This document shows positions 39,980 to 49,969 of a stretch of DNA of 64,000 bases, piece after piece. Location: positions 192,001 to 256,000 of the forward strand of contig JAYTSD010000004.1 in the NCBI GenBank assembly GCA_043745805.1. The letters run 5' to 3'. The notes under the pieces were generated by a model. It saw only the letters and a list, made by a program, of their open reading frames with translations, did not search any database and was not told the DNA's origin. Origin of the DNA: Fibrobacteria bacterium. GTDB lineage: Bacteria > Fibrobacterota > Fibrobacteria > UBA11236. Each line of letters starts with the position of its first letter. Within the stretch, counting starts at the first letter, position 1. The position numbers and the translations under genes were made by a program.

Positions 39980-42024
39980 GGAGATTCTATGTTTGCCACG
40001 TTTACTGTAGCTATGGGTGAAGGGGTGATTGCTGGCTTAATTGCCATTTCTGTGGGTTCAGAAAGGTTTGCAAAAATCCCGCTAAAAAAATCTTCGATGA
40101 AAGCTTTTTTCTCCTCTAGATCTTTTTTGCCTAAAGGGCCATCCCAAAACTCTTCGGGGATTTCATATAAAAAGCGCGAAGGAATAACTTCGCGTACCAC
40201 GCGATAATAAAATTTTTGCGTGGGCCAAGAAAAATATAAGCGACGTTTCGCGCGCGTCATTGCCACATAAAATAAACGACGCTCTTCTTCGATGCCATTA
40301 TCGGTATGATTTTGTTTGGAAGGAAAAATATCATCATCCATATTGGGGAGGAAAACTATTTCATATTCCAAACCCTTGGCTGCATGCACCGTCATCAAGC
40401 GTACGGCTTGCTTTTCCCCATCTTCTTCGAATTTAGTTTCTAAGGCTAAGGTATTGAGCATTGCACCTAAGCTCGCTTCAGGACGACGTTCTTCTTCCGC
40501 ACGGAGTAATCGCAAAAACGATTGTACATTAGCCGATTTTTTTTCACCTTCCACGAAAGCCGATAACACGCCGGTTTCCTGTAATAAACTTTCTAGTACC
40601 GAATAAAAATTTCCTGCGCTTAGCTCATGCGCTTTACTTTTTATTTTTTTTAACAATTCAATGAGCGGCGCGCACCAAGCCCGACCAAGGCTTTCGGCAT
40701 AGACCAATAAATTATCTAACACGGGCTCTTCGCTGCGGGTCATATCCGCTAAAGTATTTTTAGGAAAGCCGCGCTTGGGAAAAACTAATACTTTGGAAAG
40801 TGACAATTCATCATGCGGATTATACAGCACTTTGGCATAAGCCAGTACAGCCTGAACCTCAGGTAACTCCAATAAATTTTGCGCGCCCTTCATTACAAAG
40901 GGAATGCCTGCCGGAATAAAATATTCCATCATATCACGAAGCTGTAAATTGGTACGTACCAGTACCGCCATTTCTTGCCAACGTACACCTTCCTCTTTAT
41001 GCAAAGATTTAATTTTTTCGGTTAACCAAATCATTTCACTTTTTTCATCATCGGCGGCGAAATGATAAAGTGGTTCACCAGAATCTTGTTGGGTGAATAC
41101 CGTTTTAGCGCGACGTAATTGATTCTTTTGAATAAGTGTATTCGATGCACGAATGATAGTATCGCTAGAACGATAATTTTGTTGCAGCTTTAATAAAGTG
41201 GCTTGTGAAAAGCGACTTTCAAAGCTCAATAAATTTTGCAATTCCGCTCCGCGCCAGGCATAAATACTTTGATCATCATCACCGACCACAAAAACATTTT
41301 GTTTCGCTCCCGATAAAGCCTCTAGCACATTTATTTGCGCCGAATTGGTATCCTGAAATTCATCCACATGAAAATAATGCCATTGATTTTGATAACGCGC
41401 ACAGATTGCTGGCTGTGCTTTAAATAATTCTAAAGGCCTTGCCAGTAAGTCTTCAAAGTCCACTTGTCCAGCTTTGCGTTTACTCTTTTCATAGGCCCCA
41501 TATAATTTTCCTAAACGTGGACCATACTCCGTATCTTCCGGACAGTTTTCGGGAAGAATTCCTTTTTCACGTAATTGCCCTAAACAAGCAGACAATTCAA
41601 ACACATCAAATTTTAAATTCTTCGGCCAATGCTTTCGCGCTAAACCCATCAAGATGGAAAAACGTTCATGCGCATCCAAAACCGAAAAATCTGACCGTAA
41701 CTCTGAGGCTACGGTATTCTCTTTTAATATCCGCAAACCCAAAGCATGAAAGGTTCCAATCCAAACATCTTTTACAAGGCTGCCACCACTGGCTTTTAAG
41801 CGTTCTCGCATTTCTTGCGCCGCTTTATTACTAAAAGTTAAAGCTAAAATTTGTTCCGGTTTTACTTTTTGATTTTCGAGTAAATGTTGTATGCGGCTAA
41901 TCAGCACTCGCGTTTTACCTGAGCCGGCACCCGCTAAGACAAGTACCGGGCCTTGTACAGCTTTAACCGCTTGCTCTTGTTCGGCATTTAATCCTTTAAA
42001 TAAAGATCCTGAAGCAAATGCCAA
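39976..42024 (-). CDS. UvrD/Rep/PcrA superfamily I DNA helicase
   Basis: LAGAGSGKT, TFSNKAA, DEFQDTN, VGDDDQSIYAWRGA, NYRS, TVHAAKGLE, EERRLFYVAMTRA. Confidence 0.93.
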   Translation of the reverse strand: MAFASGSLFKGLNAEQEQAVKAVQGPVLVLAGAGSGKTRVLISRIQHLLENQKVKPEQILALTFSNKAAQEMRERLKASGGSLVKDVWIGTFHALGLRILKENTVASELRSDFSVLDAHERFSILMGLARKHWPKNLKFDVFELSACLGQLREKGILPENCPEDTEYGPRLGKLYGAYEKSKRKAGQVDFEDLLARPLELFKAQPAICARYQNQWHYFHVDEFQDTNSAQINVLEALSGAKQNVFVVGDDDQSIYAWRGAELQNLLSFESRFSQATLLKLQQNYRSSDTIIRASNTLIQKNQLRRAKTVFTQQDSGEPLYHFAADDEKSEMIWLTEKIKSLHKEEGVRWQEMAVLVRTNLQLRDMMEYFIPAGIPFVMKGAQNLLELPEVQAVLAYAKVLYNPHDELSLSKVLVFPKRGFPKNTLADMTRSEEPVLDNLLVYAESLGRAWCAPLIELLKKIKSKAHELSAGNFYSVLESLLQETGVLSAFVEGEKKSANVQSFLRLLRAEEERRPEASLGAMLNTLALETKFEEDGEKQAVRLMTVHAAKGLEYEIVFLPNMDDDIFPSKQNHTDNGIEEERRLFYVAMTRAKRRLYFSWPTQKFYYRVVREVIPSRFLYEIPEEFWDGPLGKKDLEEKKAFIEDFFSGIFANLSEPTEMAIKPAITPSPIATVNVANIESP

Positions 42025-42074
42025 AGCGATTTCCTTTTACTAAAAATTAAAACGGGGAAAAAAAGACGATTGGG

Positions 42075-42803
42075 CTAGCGCCCTTCGGCCAAGCGATTCA
42101 CTAAAAATTCGGCAAAGTCCAATTTTCGCATTTCTGCTTGGGTTTTAGAAATATCATATTGCACGCGCACAATTTCCACCGTCATAGTTTGCGTATCAAA
42201 GTAACACCAGCTCGCTAAAGGCACGCGATCACGAGGTTGACCTACACTACCCACATTCACTAAAATGCGTTGATTAGGTAACATGCGATGTGCTAAAGAT
42301 TCCGAAACCCAAAAGGATTGTTCGTTTTCCATGATTACAATAGAAGGAATATGCGTATGTCCTACAAAACAAACGCGTTCATTAAAAAAAGAAAAGGCAT
42401 CAATAGCATCATCAAAGCTCGTGATATAATACCAATCCACCGGAGATCTTGGGCTTGCATGCACAAAACTTAAAGGTGGTTCATCTACAACGTATGGTAA
42501 TTTGTCGAGAATATTATATGACTCTTGACTTAAATTTTCTTTCGTCCATTCAATGGCTTTACGTGCGTAAAAGTTGAAATTTTCCGAAGATTCTCGGCCT
42601 AAGGCCACGCTATCATGATTGCCCAACAAAAAAACCGCGCTACGTTCTTTAATCATTTTAACACATTCATTGGGATTGGCGCCATACCCTACCGCATCGC
42701 CCAAGCATATGCGACGCTCCACGCCCACTTGGTCCATGGCATCCATAACCTGAGTTAACGCTTCCAAATTACTGTGAATATCTGAAAAAATGCCGTATTT
42801 CAT
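42075..42803 (-). CDS. Calcineurin-like metallophosphoesterase
   Basis: SDIHSN, LGDAVGYG, GNHD, VHASP, GHTH, NVGSVGQPRD. Confidence 0.92.
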   Translation of the reverse strand: MKYGIFSDIHSNLEALTQVMDAMDQVGVERRICLGDAVGYGANPNECVKMIKERSAVFLLGNHDSVALGRESSENFNFYARKAIEWTKENLSQESYNILDKLPYVVDEPPLSFVHASPRSPVDWYYITSFDDAIDAFSFFNERVCFVGHTHIPSIVIMENEQSFWVSESLAHRMLPNQRILVNVGSVGQPRDRVPLASWCYFDTQTMTVEIVRVQYDISKTQAEMRKLDFAEFLVNRLAEGR

Positions 42804-42944
42804 GCTGTTATTAAATTTTCCTGAAACTTATTCATTTGCGTATAGTGTAAAATACTTTTAGCGAAAGATAAAGTTCTTTTTGCAAAGACTCTCTCATTGC
42901 TTCAGAGAAAGAATAAGCGGTATAATTCACAAGTGAATTTCGCT

Positions 42945-44888
42945 ATGCCTCAAAACACCCAAGGTCACGAATTAATCGTTCATAATTTCACCTCATTGAT
43001 AATTCCATCCCTAAGGTCCGATGGGATACCCATCCGCGTTATTCAACCCGAGACCTTGCTAGATATTGCTCCTTTTAGTCTGGTAATATTGAATTCGGTT
43101 CAAATAGAACAAGCCGAAGAATTGTCTTTTTTACGCCAACAAACGGCTGTATTGCTCTGGGATCCCGAACAAAAATTAACCGATTGGCCGAGCTGTGCCG
43201 ACATCGCATTATCTCCACAACCCTCCGAAGCCGAATTGCAAAAGGCCCTGATACAAGGGGCACGTATTGCCAAGTTAAAAGAGCAATGCTTGCAATTACA
43301 AAATCAATGTGCCATTGCCGATACGCGCAATCAACAACTAGGCCAAATTGGAATGGCCTTAATGTCGGAACGCCATATCGACACACTGCTCAATTTGATT
43401 TTAGATAAAGCCATGAGCTTAACGCAAAGTGATGCGGGCTGTTTGTATTTACTCGAAAATCGTGCAGGAACTGTCGAAAACCCCCGTGCCTATTGGGAAA
43501 ATAAACAAGTACGCTTTAAATTAACACGCAATAATTCCGTGGAATTTCCTTTTGAAGAAACCCTTATCCCCATAGCACACAGTTCGATCATTGGCTATAC
43601 CTTAGTCGAAGGTGTGGCGCTCAACTTGGAAGATGTTTATCATCTCGATGGAAAATTACCGTATAAGCATAATCATATTTTCGATACTAACTCAGGCTAT
43701 TATAGTCGATCCATGTTATGTGTGCCACTCATTGATAACCATAATCATGTGATTGGAGCCCTTCAATTAATCAATAAATGTCGCCGTAAAAACCACGCCA
43801 TTACGTCCTCTGCGGCAGCCGATGCACAAGTAATGGCATATCAAACCGATGATGTGAATTTATGTATGTCCTTGGCCTCACAGGCCTCCGTGGCGATTTT
43901 AAATGCGCAGTATGAACATGAAATTAAAAATCTTTTCGAAGGCTTTATTAAAGCCAGCGTCACCGCAATTGAATCTCGCGATCCCACCACCTCAGGTCAT
44001 TCGCAGCGCGTTGCCGATTATTGTATTGATTTTGCCCTTTGTCTTTCACGCCTAAGCAATGCGAAATTCAAGCATTGTTATTTTTCCGATTCGCAATTAC
44101 AGGAATTACGCTATGCCGCATTGTTACATGATTTTGGAAAAATTGGAATTCGTGAACAGGTACTTACGAAAGCAAAAAAATTATATCCCGAAGCCTTAGA
44201 ACAAATTGGCCAGCGCATTGCCTGTATCAAACGCTGTATTGCATGGGGTTGCGCCTTAGATAAAGTTCGCTTGTATCAAGGTAAAACCACTCAATATGCA
44301 GAATCTATTTTTTCCACTTGGGATAAAATTCAACGCGATAAAATTGAAGAGATGGAAGATATGTGGGCTTGTATTTTAAAGGCCAATGAACCGTCTCCCT
44401 TAGCCAATGAAATCGCTGAAAAGCTACAACGCTGGGCAGAAACCCCTTATACCGATCCCGAAGGTTATACCATTCCAATTTTATTAAAAGCCGAGCTAGA
44501 ACAATTACTCATTCCGCAAGGTACCTTGAGTCATGAAGAAAGAGATTCCATCCAAAGTCATGTGATGCATACCTATAATTTTCTTTCCAAAATTCCTTGG
44601 ACCAAAGATTTAAAACATATTCCTGAAATTGCTTTTGCTCATCATGAAAAACTCAATGGTACAGGTTATCCACGTGGCTTGATTGAGGAACAAATTCCCG
44701 TGCCCTCACAGATTATGACGGTATGTGATATTTACGATGCCTTGACTGCAAGAGATAGGCCTTATAAACGTGCTATTCCCACTGATAAAGCCTTAGCAAT
44801 TATTGAAATGGAAGTCAAAAGCGGTAAAATCGATAAAGAACTTTTTCGAGTTTTTGTAGAAAGCAAGATTTATTTGGGTTCGAAATAA
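42945..44888 (+). CDS. GAF domain + HD-GYP phosphohydrolase
   Basis: GAF (RSMLCVPL..IGALQLINK), RDPTTSGHSQRV, LHDFGKIG, HHEKLNGTGYP, DIYDALTARDRPYK; start uncertain (TTG 42897 or ATG 42945). Confidence 0.9.
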   Translation: MPQNTQGHELIVHNFTSLIIPSLRSDGIPIRVIQPETLLDIAPFSLVILNSVQIEQAEELSFLRQQTAVLLWDPEQKLTDWPSCADIALSPQPSEAELQKALIQGARIAKLKEQCLQLQNQCAIADTRNQQLGQIGMALMSERHIDTLLNLILDKAMSLTQSDAGCLYLLENRAGTVENPRAYWENKQVRFKLTRNNSVEFPFEETLIPIAHSSIIGYTLVEGVALNLEDVYHLDGKLPYKHNHIFDTNSGYYSRSMLCVPLIDNHNHVIGALQLINKCRRKNHAITSSAAADAQVMAYQTDDVNLCMSLASQASVAILNAQYEHEIKNLFEGFIKASVTAIESRDPTTSGHSQRVADYCIDFALCLSRLSNAKFKHCYFSDSQLQELRYAALLHDFGKIGIREQVLTKAKKLYPEALEQIGQRIACIKRCIAWGCALDKVRLYQGKTTQYAESIFSTWDKIQRDKIEEMEDMWACILKANEPSPLANEIAEKLQRWAETPYTDPEGYTIPILLKAELEQLLIPQGTLSHEERDSIQSHVMHTYNFLSKIPWTKDLKHIPEIAFAHHEKLNGTGYPRGLIEEQIPVPSQIMTVCDIYDALTARDRPYKRAIPTDKALAIIEMEVKSGKIDKELFRVFVESKIYLGSK

Positions 44889-44968
44889 AGCGCATTTTTA
44901 CTCTCCAATTTTGCTTCAAAACGCTTTACAAAAACTGCTTTTCGAATTACTTTTGCACCGGCTTTTAG

Positions 44969-45044
44969 GTTCCCATCGTCTAGTGGCCTAGGACAACGCC
45001 CTTTCACGGCGTCGACCGGGGTTCAAATCCCCGTGGGAACGCCA
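44969..45044 (+). tRNA. tRNA-Glu (anticodon TTC), CCA encoded
   Basis: Acceptor GTTCCCA/TGGGAAC, anticodon arm ACGCC-CT-TTC-AC-GGCGT, T-loop GTTCAAATC, 3' GCCA. Confidence 0.97.
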
Positions 45045-45045
45045 A

Positions 45046-45083
45046 ATAAAAAAACCTTCTCCTCCAAGAGAAGGTTTTTTTAT
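45046..45083. terminator. Bidirectional intrinsic terminator
   Basis: ataaaaaaaccttctc / gagaaggtttttttat. Confidence 0.88.
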
Positions 45084-45125
45084 GAAATTCTTTTAGTTAG
45101 CGTCTCTTTTTAATTAAAAATCTTT

Positions 45126-45914
45126 TTAGGACGAGGCCGAAGAATAAACTCTTAATCCCGCTCGCCAAACAATAAACACAATACCCATAAACAATAAAAT
45201 CACACCCAAGAATTGTCCTAAAATCCAAATATCAAAAGGCTCCAATAAAATTCGCGCAGGAAAAGAAGCCATTAAAGCGAAGGGTACCGCAAAGATTAAT
45301 ACTTTACGCGTGAAACCTTGATAAATCCGATCCGGCCTTTCCATAAAGCGCGTGGTATTATAAAAAATTTGATGCAAAGTTTTTGCCGATTCCAACCAAA
45401 ATACCGGAAGGATGGTTAACAAATGCACCATAAAATAAAGGATTGCACCCAAGCCTATGGCAAAAAAATAAGCGAGGACTGAGGTAACGCCAAAATGACC
45501 GGGATAAGAAAAAATGGCCCAACACATAATGCCCAAAGCAAAAATTAAATTGATGCAAGAATTTGCCGCGAAATCGCGAAGATTTAAAAAGAAAAAAGAC
45601 GAGACTGGCCGCGTCAGATAATAATCCAAATCCCCTTTATTCACGAGTACCGGCAACCACCATACATTATTGGAAAAAAAAGTCATGTGCAGCGCATCGA
45701 CCGTAAGATAACCGGCAACAAAAATAAACATTTGCTGCGCATTCCATCCCCCTAATAAATTCGTATGCAAAAATACCAATTGGAAAAAAGTAAGGTTCAC
45801 GCCATAGTAAACCAAATCCATAAAAATGCGAAAGAAAAAATCCATGCGAAATTCCATATTGCGACTAATGGAAAAACGCACAAAGTAGGCATAGAGACGA
45901 AGATAGCGTAACAT
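45126..45914 (-). CDS. ABC-2 family transporter permease
   Basis: Six TMs, LGGW, GDLDYYLTRPVS, VPFALMASFPA, C-terminal YSSASS. Confidence 0.88.
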   Translation of the reverse strand: MLRYLRLYAYFVRFSISRNMEFRMDFFFRIFMDLVYYGVNLTFFQLVFLHTNLLGGWNAQQMFIFVAGYLTVDALHMTFFSNNVWWLPVLVNKGDLDYYLTRPVSSFFFLNLRDFAANSCINLIFALGIMCWAIFSYPGHFGVTSVLAYFFAIGLGAILYFMVHLLTILPVFWLESAKTLHQIFYNTTRFMERPDRIYQGFTRKVLIFAVPFALMASFPARILLEPFDIWILGQFLGVILLFMGIVFIVWRAGLRVYSSASS

Positions 45915-46723
45915 TAAATTCCCACTCCGGCATATTGCCGTGTGCCTTTACGCCATAGCCAAAGCGAGATGGCAGTAAATATTCCAGACCAAAAAATCAA
46001 AACCCCGAAGCCGAATAAAGTTTCTTGCCAAGTTAAAGTTTCGCGCAAAAATCGAATGGGAAATGAAACCATATAGGTAAAGGGTAAATAGCTCAAAACC
46101 TTTTGTGCCCAATTAGGAAAGAACGCCAAGGGGATTAATCCTCCGCCAAATAAATGTAAGATGATGCGATTCAATACCAATAAGCTCCACACATTATCCG
46201 CCCAAAAAGCTAGCATTTCCAAAGCGGAAGCTAACATAAAATAAAGATAACCGGCTCCACCTATAGCTAGTACCGCTAAAGTTACCCCTAACGGTTCAAA
46301 ATGAAAGGAAGGTGGCTTACCAAAACAAAATAAATAGACGCTTGCGGCTAGCAAAAATTGCAAAATAAAAACGGCGCTCTGTGCTAAGGAGGAAACATAT
46401 TTAAAACGAAAAAAGGAAATCGGATATAACAGGTAACGTGTCAGTGTCCCTTCATAAATTTCCGGTGAGATAAAACCCATTTCTGGGCCGGCCACGACAC
46501 GCTCAATCAGTGGTACCATCAAATAATACAGAATGAGATCGGGAAAGGTAAACCCTTGCAAGGTGCTGATGGCACGATATGCAAAAACCGCTTTCCATAA
46601 AAAAAACGCCACCCCAAATTGAGAAAAAGTATTGCCTAAAAATCCAATCCAAAATTCGGCACGAAAAGAAATGATCTTTTTAAATTCTAAAACAAAAATA
46701 TGGCGAACTAAAGCGAATTGCAT
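45914..46723 (-). CDS. ABC-2 family transporter permease
   Basis: IYEGTLTRYLLYP, GGLIPLAFFP, LPF, C-terminal YAGVG. Confidence 0.88.
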   Translation of the reverse strand: MQFALVRHIFVLEFKKIISFRAEFWIGFLGNTFSQFGVAFFLWKAVFAYRAISTLQGFTFPDLILYYLMVPLIERVVAGPEMGFISPEIYEGTLTRYLLYPISFFRFKYVSSLAQSAVFILQFLLAASVYLFCFGKPPSFHFEPLGVTLAVLAIGGAGYLYFMLASALEMLAFWADNVWSLLVLNRIILHLFGGGLIPLAFFPNWAQKVLSYLPFTYMVSFPIRFLRETLTWQETLFGFGVLIFWSGIFTAISLWLWRKGTRQYAGVGI

Positions 46724-46730
46724 AAATGCT

Positions 46731-47723
46731 TCATTCAGTCTTACGAATTAAAGCTTCGATCACCGTACCAATGTCTTCTTCTTCAATGCTTAAATCCGCT
46801 ACCGCATAATGCTGTAATAACCATCCTGCCGCTTCAGCGACTTTTGAGCGTAACACTTTCACTTTAAGACATTCCGGCGTTTGTTCTAGGGACATTCCCA
46901 ATTCTTGGGGGAAAAGGCTTTCTGGTTTTTTTGTGTTTAAAGGATCATGATCTTCAAAGGTTACCGTGAGAATCTTATGCTGAGCATATTGCGTTAAAAT
47001 TTTTTGCAAAGATCCATCATATACCATTTCGCCTTCGCGAATAATAATAATACGCTCGCAAAGCTTTTCAATATCTTCCATATAATGCGAAGTCAATAAC
47101 ATAGCCGGTTGATGCTCTTGCCGATACTTTAATAAAAATTCTCGTATCGCTCTTTGCGCACTCAGATCGAGACCAATAGTGGGTTCATCCAAAAAAACCA
47201 CTTTAGGTTGATGTAACAATGCGGCTATCAATTCCATTTTCATACGTTCGCCCAAACTTAATCGGCGAATTTGAATATTCAATTTATCTTGCACTTGCAA
47301 AGTATGCGTTAAGGTTTCTAGCGTCGCATTAAATTGCAAACGCGGGATTTGATAAATCTCACGTAACAGTAAAAATCCATCCGCAGCCGGTAAGTCCCAC
47401 CAAAGCTGAGCCTTTTGCCCCATGATTAAAGCGATTTGTCGACGAAATGCATCCTTGCGTTGCCAAGGCACATGATCGAGCACTTGTGCCTCACCACTCG
47501 TGGGATGAATAATGCCCGCTAAGGCTTTTACTAAAGTTGTTTTACCGGCACCATTCGCGCCAATGAGGCCCACAATTTCGCCCGCTTGCACTTGCAGGGA
47601 GATGTTTTTCAAAGCATGTACTTGCTGCCATTCTCGCACAAATAAGGATCGCAGCGAGCCCTTAAGCCCTGCTGCTTTTTTATGCACGCGAAAAGTTTTA
47701 CTTAGTCCTGCGACTTTAATCAT
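46731..47723 (-). CDS. ABC transporter ATP-binding protein
   Basis: GANGAGKTT, QLWWDLP, LSLGERMK, FLDEPTIGLD, TSHYM. Confidence 0.93.
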   Translation of the reverse strand: MIKVAGLSKTFRVHKKAAGLKGSLRSLFVREWQQVHALKNISLQVQAGEIVGLIGANGAGKTTLVKALAGIIHPTSGEAQVLDHVPWQRKDAFRRQIALIMGQKAQLWWDLPAADGFLLLREIYQIPRLQFNATLETLTHTLQVQDKLNIQIRRLSLGERMKMELIAALLHQPKVVFLDEPTIGLDLSAQRAIREFLLKYRQEHQPAMLLTSHYMEDIEKLCERIIIIREGEMVYDGSLQKILTQYAQHKILTVTFEDHDPLNTKKPESLFPQELGMSLEQTPECLKVKVLRSKVAEAAGWLLQHYAVADLSIEEEDIGTVIEALIRKTE

Positions 47724-47757
47724 AAAACTTCACTCATTTTTTGGGGTTGAAACTTAT

Positions 47758-48138
47758 TTATTCCAATACCGCATCGGCTTCAATTTCGACCAACATTTCT
47801 GGTGCAATTAAACGCGTCACTTCCACCATCGCCGTAGCGGGACGGATTACGCTAAAAAATTCACCATGGGCTTTGCTAGCTTTTTCCCATTCGTCAATAT
47901 TTTTCAAATACATGCGCGTGCGCACCACATCTTTCATTTCCGCACCCGCAGATTTCAAAGCGCTTTCAATATTTTTCAAAGCCTGCAAAGTTTGGGCATA
48001 GACATCACCTTCTACTTTACCTTCGGCATTGCTACCCGTTGTGCCCGATACAAAAATTTGTTTGCCTATACGCACTGCACGCGAGTAACCAATAATAGGT
48101 TCCCATTTCGATCCGGTGCTAATATTTTGTCTGGTCAT
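47758..48138 (-). CDS. RidA/YjgF family protein
   Basis: [33 protein letters not shown] 48138 preceded by AAGGA. Confidence 0.9.
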   Translation of the reverse strand: MTRQNISTGSKWEPIIGYSRAVRIGKQIFVSGTTGSNAEGKVEGDVYAQTLQALKNIESALKSAGAEMKDVVRTRMYLKNIDEWEKASKAHGEFFSVIRPATAMVEVTRLIAPEMLVEIEADAVLE

Positions 48139-48190
48139 GAATATTCCTTTCAAACTTGGAAAAATTTCTTATGAAGTTTCAAAATAGAAA

Positions 48191-49408
48191 TTAATCTCGG
48201 TTCTCCAGCAAAGGCGCCAAAGCCGGCGCATATTTTTTGCGAATCCAAACCCCGTCGCGACGCGACTTCCCTTTCCAATACAAGCTCAAATCATGATCCA
48301 AGCCATATAAAAAGGCATACCATTCGCGTTGCAAAGGTGATTTCCATTCCCATAATAAAGTAAACAAGGCTTTTTTGCAGGCCTGTAAATTCCGCGTATT
48401 AAAATGCTTGGCTTGTGGCTTAAAAAAGGGGGAGTCCAAAAAATCCGCCACTACTTTAAAAGCCGGCGGCACAGCAAATTCATGCAAAGTTTTTTCCCAA
48501 ATTTTCTCGGAACTTTCAGCTTGTGCAAAGCCTGCCATCAGCTGAAATACAAACCGATCGGTTTCGGGAAGTCCCGTGGGATTCAATAATAAACCGGCCA
48601 CAGCTTTAGTCAAAGCGGGTGGACGATGACGATAAGGCCCTACAAAAAGCTTGGAAGGGCAATAATCATTAGCATACAAATTATCCCATAATACAATTCG
48701 CCCAGGAAACATAGACGTTACCGTAGACAAATCTTGCGGTCGTAACTTTTCCGAAATAATGCGTGGTCCGGTCCATAATAACGGAATGTTTTCCGGCATA
48801 CAGTTCGCCAAATCTAATAGGTACACATTTTTTTCAATAGGGCCTTCCGAGAATTGATCCGTATACACCGTGGGACAAAACCAAAGCTTTGCCGCTTTTT
48901 TTATAGCCCTATTGGTACTATTGGATATTTTTTTAAAAAAAGCTTTTTTGGCGAATTTTAAATCGTTTTGCAAAGCTTGCAAAAGCAAAGCATGCGCTTC
49001 CCCTAAAGAATTAAATTTACCCTGAGCCGCGGTAGGCAATTCCGGTGAAATATCGTCCATCAGTAATGCGACATCCTGACAACCCCACTCGGCAAAAGCC
49101 TGTAATTTTTTCAGCAGAGTTTTATAATCCGCCTTACTCGTATAATTATAGGAGAGCCCAGGAGCCATACCCGGAATAACCGAAATCCCTAAATGCTTCG
49201 CCTCTGCCACAAAAGCTTGAAACTCTTTTTGCCAAGCCTTAGGATAAGCCTCTCGCCAGTAACGTCTATGATACGGATCTTCCTTCGGCGCATAAACATA
49301 AACATTCGCACCATTTTTTTTTAACACTTTTAATAAATGGCTTCGCTCGGCAAAAGAAAAAAGCTTGCCATAGTAACCTTCAATATACCCTTTAAAAAAA
49401 GTCGTCAC
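48191..49408 (-). CDS. GH84 beta-N-acetylglucosaminidase (O-GlcNAcase-like)
   Basis: GYIEGYYG, YVYAPKEDPYHR..WREAYP, LLMDDI (catalytic DD), FCPTVY, WTGP, WDNLYANDY. Confidence 0.9.
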   Translation of the reverse strand: MTTFFKGYIEGYYGKLFSFAERSHLLKVLKKNGANVYVYAPKEDPYHRRYWREAYPKAWQKEFQAFVAEAKHLGISVIPGMAPGLSYNYTSKADYKTLLKKLQAFAEWGCQDVALLMDDISPELPTAAQGKFNSLGEAHALLLQALQNDLKFAKKAFFKKISNSTNRAIKKAAKLWFCPTVYTDQFSEGPIEKNVYLLDLANCMPENIPLLWTGPRIISEKLRPQDLSTVTSMFPGRIVLWDNLYANDYCPSKLFVGPYRHRPPALTKAVAGLLLNPTGLPETDRFVFQLMAGFAQAESSEKIWEKTLHEFAVPPAFKVVADFLDSPFFKPQAKHFNTRNLQACKKALFTLLWEWKSPLQREWYAFLYGLDHDLSLYWKGKSRRDGVWIRKKYAPALAPLLENRD

Positions 49409-49803
49409 TATTTTCCTTCTGGAGAGTTTGTATTTGCATCTTCCTTGTCATAATTCATCTGACGTCTACCTTCGAGTACGCCACGCTGATGCGAACGCGG
49501 CACAGGTGAATTTGCACTCAAACTCACTCTTGCTCGAGGCTGACTGCCATCTTTCAAAAAAGTAATTACTGCGGAATAACCCTGTATCCCTCCCCGCTCC
49601 AAAGCACCCCATTGCCAGCGCCCACCCTCAAACATGGCATCATAATCACTAGGTTTAAAAGGCTTTTCGCCAAAAAGTTTAAAACACTCCTCATTGGCCA
49701 GTCGCGCAGCAAATTCATTCGCATGGTTTTGACTCATAGAGGATGCGCAGGCGCAAAGTATTAACAGGCTTAGTCCCATACATAGTTTTTTAGTCTGATT
49801 CAT
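49408..49803 (-). CDS. Small lipoprotein, unknown function
   Basis: Basic N-terminus, hydrophobic stretch, lipobox LCAC. Confidence 0.6.
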   Translation of the reverse strand: MNQTKKLCMGLSLLILCACASSMSQNHANEFAARLANEECFKLFGEKPFKPSDYDAMFEGGRWQWGALERGGIQGYSAVITFLKDGSQPRARVSLSANSPVPRSHQRGVLEGRRQMNYDKEDANTNSPEGK

Positions 49804-49969
49804 AAAACCCCTTTGTGTGCCGGAGCATCCGGATTTTAAAATTATAAAGACTATAACATGATAGCTTTAAAAATCGCAAGTCAAAGGTTTAGACAAATCC
49901 ATAAAACCCACCAACAATTCCCCCTAACTTTTTTACTTTTACCCGCATACAAAAGACAAGGAGAAGAAA

